From positions 1 through 57,560 of IMG/VR virus record IMGVR_UViG_3300027763_000005: 57,560 bases of DNA; one strand, written 5' to 3'. The position numbers and the translations under genes are program-made. The first letter of the stretch is position 1; every line of letters begins with the position of its first letter. Shown piece after piece: positions 55,851 through 57,560 of this stretch. The notes under the pieces were generated by a model. The model ran no database searches. It worked only from the letters and a program-made list of their open reading frames with translations, and was not told the origin of the DNA. The stretch comes from a virus (lineage: Duplodnaviria; Caudoviricetes).

Positions 55851-55908
55851 TTTACATTTATCTAGAAATGGTTTACTTTCCTAAAATAGAGTCCTTCTGG
55901 GGCTTTTA

Positions 55909-55999
55909 ATCGTCCCCCGGCGTGGACGATCAATCTTTTCCGGTTCTAAGTCGCCCCGGTGTGCGATGATGAACTTCCTGAAAAGGAGTTTCCATCATG
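55909..55999 (+). promoter_or_regulatory. 5' UTR hairpins of the capsid operon
   Basis: Two hairpins with CCCGGYGT loops, plus a GAAA-capped stem burying AGGAG and the ATG. Confidence 0.55.
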
Positions 56000-56602
56000 G
56001 CGAACACAAACGCCCCATATGGATTTCGTCAGTATGCTGGTACGGGCTCGTCCCCTACCTACGAACAGGTGGCTGTTGCCATTGCGTATGATGCTACGGC
56101 TCTCTTCTTTGGTGACCCCGTTGTCCCGACCACCTCTGGCACGGTTGCTAAGGGTGACATTGCGGGCGCTCCCACGGTTCAGATCGCTGGCATCTTTCAG
56201 GGATGCAAGTACCTCTCGGTGTCGCAGAAGCGCACTGTTTGGTCGAACTATTGGCCCGGTTCTGATGTCGCTTCCGGCAATGTTGTCGAGGGCTACATCA
56301 TCAATGACCCGAATGCCAAGTTTGTGGCTCAGATCGGTGGTTCTTCTTCAGTCGGCGCGGTTGCCGGTGATGTGAATGCCAACGTGCAGTTTGCTTATGG
56401 CACGGGTAACACCGCCAACGGCATCTCTGGTGCTTACGTTGACATCTCTGTCACCCCGACCACAACCAACACGCTTCCCTTCCGTATTGTCAGCCTTGTC
56501 ACGCAACCTCCCGGTGCCCCCGGTACGGAAGCTGGCGCTTACAACTACGTCGTGGTCGCGTTTAACAACGTCTCCACCAAACAACTTCTTTCGGTGGGCT
56601 AA
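55997..56602 (+). CDS. Capsid-associated (cement/decoration-type) protein
   Basis: MAN.NAP.GF......F.GDPV.....GIF.GC.Y.......DP...F..Q. Immediately upstream of the capsid gene. Confidence 0.7.
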   Translation: MANTNAPYGFRQYAGTGSSPTYEQVAVAIAYDATALFFGDPVVPTTSGTVAKGDIAGAPTVQIAGIFQGCKYLSVSQKRTVWSNYWPGSDVASGNVVEGYIINDPNAKFVAQIGGSSSVGAVAGDVNANVQFAYGTGNTANGISGAYVDISVTPTTTNTLPFRIVSLVTQPPGAPGTEAGAYNYVVVAFNNVSTKQLLSVG

Positions 56603-56617
56603 GAGGAGTCTTGAACT

Positions 56618-57529
56618 ATGGCTGTTAACCTTTCTGCCATTAAGGACCTTCTCCTCCCCGGCCTCCGTGGGGTTGAAGGCAAGTACGAGCAAATTCCGGC
56701 ACAGTATGACAAGATTTTCACGAAGCATGACTCGAAAATGGCGCTTGAGCGCACAGCCGAGATGCGTTTCTTGGGTCTTGCCCAACTGAAGACTGAAGGC
56801 GGTCAGACCGCTTTCGACAACAGTGCTGGCGAACGCTTCATCTATAACCAAGAGCACACTGAAATTGCTCTGGGTTACGCAATCACCCGCAAGGCGATTG
56901 ATGACAACCTCTACAAGACTCAGTTCGCTCCGTCGAACCTCGGCCTGATCGAATCTTTCGGCCAGACCAAGGAAATCTACGGTGCCAATATCCTCAACAC
57001 TGCGACGACGTACAACTCGTCCATCGGTGGTGACGGTAAGGCTCTTTGCGCGACTGACCATCCTATCGATGGTGGCACGGTCTCAAATCGTCCGGCGACA
57101 GATGTTGATCTCAATGAGTCAACACTACTCAACGCTATGATTTCGATTCGTACCAACTTCAAGGATCAGGCTGGCCTCAAGGTGTTTGCGCGCGGTCGCA
57201 AGCTCGTTGTCCCGCCGCAGCTTGAACCGGTTGCCATTCGTCTGACAAAGACTGAACTGCGTCCGGGCACTGCCGATAACGATGTCAACGCGATCATGTC
57301 CACTGCTGGCGGTCTGCCAGAAGGATATCTGGTCAATGACTTCCTGACATCGGCTCGTGCTTGGTTCCTCCTGACAAACATTGATGGTTTGTCGTACATG
57401 GAGCGGGTTAAGTTTGAAAGCGATATGCAAGTCGACTTCGTAACCGATAACCTTTTAGTTAAAGGATACGAGCGCTACTCGTTCGGCTATTATAACTTCC
57501 GTTCTATCTTCGGGTCGTTCCCAACCTGA
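56618..57529 (+). CDS. Major capsid protein (Mu gpT-like, HK97 fold)
   Basis: LLPGL, K.EG...FD, ALGYAITR.AIDDNLY, GDG.AL....HP, L.VPPQL, T.DND.NA, ERYSFG. Confidence 0.9.
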   Translation: MAVNLSAIKDLLLPGLRGVEGKYEQIPAQYDKIFTKHDSKMALERTAEMRFLGLAQLKTEGGQTAFDNSAGERFIYNQEHTEIALGYAITRKAIDDNLYKTQFAPSNLGLIESFGQTKEIYGANILNTATTYNSSIGGDGKALCATDHPIDGGTVSNRPATDVDLNESTLLNAMISIRTNFKDQAGLKVFARGRKLVVPPQLEPVAIRLTKTELRPGTADNDVNAIMSTAGGLPEGYLVNDFLTSARAWFLLTNIDGLSYMERVKFESDMQVDFVTDNLLVKGYERYSFGYYNFRSIFGSFPT

Positions 57530-57560
57530 TGATATTACAGGGGTTTTAGCCCAAGAAGGA
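57434..57560. repeat. Terminal overlap, identical to 1-127
   Basis: Exact match. Confidence 0.95.

Noticed and set aside
731-57080. TGGCACGG sites as functional sigma54 promoters
   Set aside because: Checked sites lack the -12 TTGC at the required spacing, and most are intragenic in either orientation.

Overview
The window is a complete, circularly assembled dsDNA tailed phage genome. Bases 1-127 are identical to 57434-57560, so the unit length is about 57,433 bp. Podovirus-like morphology is inferred from the absence of a tape measure or sheath and the presence of tail-tubular/nozzle-like proteins and large putative ejection proteins. An alphaproteobacterial host is inferred from a GcrA homologue. 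Modules: head genes (TerL, portal, GroES-like, scaffold, major capsid; 44.2-57.5 kb); tail, lysis and internal virion genes (1-23.7 kb); a leftward recombination/accessory arm (ERF, YqaJ exonuclease, SSB-like, HNH, GcrA, DnaA domain IV, dCTP deaminase); a rightward replication arm (Cro-like HTH, RusA, HTH replication protein, SF2 helicase, primase); an AAA/vWA-like operon; TerS; a repeat-rich non-coding region; and 4 tRNAs plus one tRNA-like element. No integrase, DNA polymerase, reverse transcriptase or CRISPR array was seen. The strongest unexplained signals are: (1) the octamer TGGCACGG, which matches the sigma54 -24 box but lacks a -12 box, present at least 55 times on both strands and in several reading frames against about 2-3 expected; (2) a ~500-nt structured non-coding region inside the head operon with a predicted antisense RNA over its 5' end, with a look-alike cassette upstream of the replication gene; (3) a shared [FYMRKH]xxGG motif plus a short 'ALxIA'-type helix across at least 7 virion-associated proteins, one of which carries two internal S74 auto-cleaving domains; (4) a 10-copy ACCACCGA array directly beside a 3.6-kb region lacking C[CG]ACC on both strands; (5) several pseudoknots/hairpins that would sequester ribosome-binding sites. 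All counts and structures were read by eye and need computational confirmation. Product calls rest on motif recognition, not database searches.
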